Shown here in pieces: positions 63,849 through 64,000 of a DNA stretch of 64,000 bases. The stretch is taken from IMG/VR virus record IMGVR_UViG_3300037499_000085, one strand, 5' to 3'. A model generated the notes under the pieces. It had not been told where the DNA came from and made no database searches. It was given only the letters and a program-made list of their open reading frames with translations. How positions within the stretch are numbered: position 1 is the stretch's first letter; each line of letters opens with the position of its first letter. A program made the position numbers and the translations under genes. This stretch comes from an uncultured virus (IMG/VR IMGVR_UViG_3300037499_000085) (lineage: Duplodnaviria; Heunggongvirae; Uroviricota; Caudoviricetes).

Positions 63849-64000
63849 AGGACCACCTCTACGTCGTATCCGTCATCGGTGACGGCCGTCACCCGGTACG
63901 TCGTTCCGGGTGGCAGGATCCATTCGTCTTCGTTCCCGTGAGAATAGACCGAATAGACTTCCAGCACTTGAGTGCCCTTCGGCATCGTGATGTTCAGGGT
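63845..64000 (-). CDS. C-terminus of a VIP2-like (R-S-E) ADP-ribosyltransferase, 5' part outside the window
   Basis: LNITMPKGT...GNEDEWILPPGTTYRV with the ExE catalytic motif. Confidence 0.75.
   Translation of the reverse strand, partial: TLNITMPKGTQVLEVYSVYSHGNEDEWILPPGTTYRVTAVTDDGYDVEVVL

Noticed and set aside
1..64000. Apparent excess of GATC/TGATCA at gene junctions as a methylation or operator signal
   Set aside because: Cannot be quantified by eye and is largely explained by TGA stops, ATC codons and GATC-ATG start contexts; no methyltransferase gene is seen

Overview
High-GC actinobacterial (most likely Streptomyces-type) siphovirus genome segment, possibly a phage-plasmid. Layout: (i) 1-3996, minus strand: iteron-like origin region, Prim-Pol/helicase, nuclease and HTH genes. 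(ii) 4090-41558, plus strand: two ParB-like genes, SF2 helicase, an exonuclease with a class-3 LAGLIDADG intein, tRNA-Asn, SSB, and a Streptomyces plasmid-type conjugation module (spdB-like, traA-like, traB, clt-like repeats, small membrane genes). A long run of small genes follows, punctuated by structured RNAs: a ~550-nt ncRNA candidate, four type II hammerhead ribozymes with a covarying pseudoknot, a duplicated 66-nt stem-loop, an anticodon-less tRNA mimic and tRNA-Arg. This run also holds HU, LuxR and HNH-AP2 genes and an inverted moron. (iii) 41605-64000, minus strand: lysis, tail, head-tail and a protease-capsid fusion, ending in the 3' end of an ADP-ribosyltransferase. No integrase, terminase or portal lies in the window. 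Top signals: ribozyme-delimited mini-gene cassettes, a TraB system inside a virion-encoding genome, a TTA-gated frameshift/bypass, a four-copy ~90-155 bp intergenic element, and a shared N-terminal DFLM motif in replication proteins. All protein calls come from motif recognition by eye; no searches were run.
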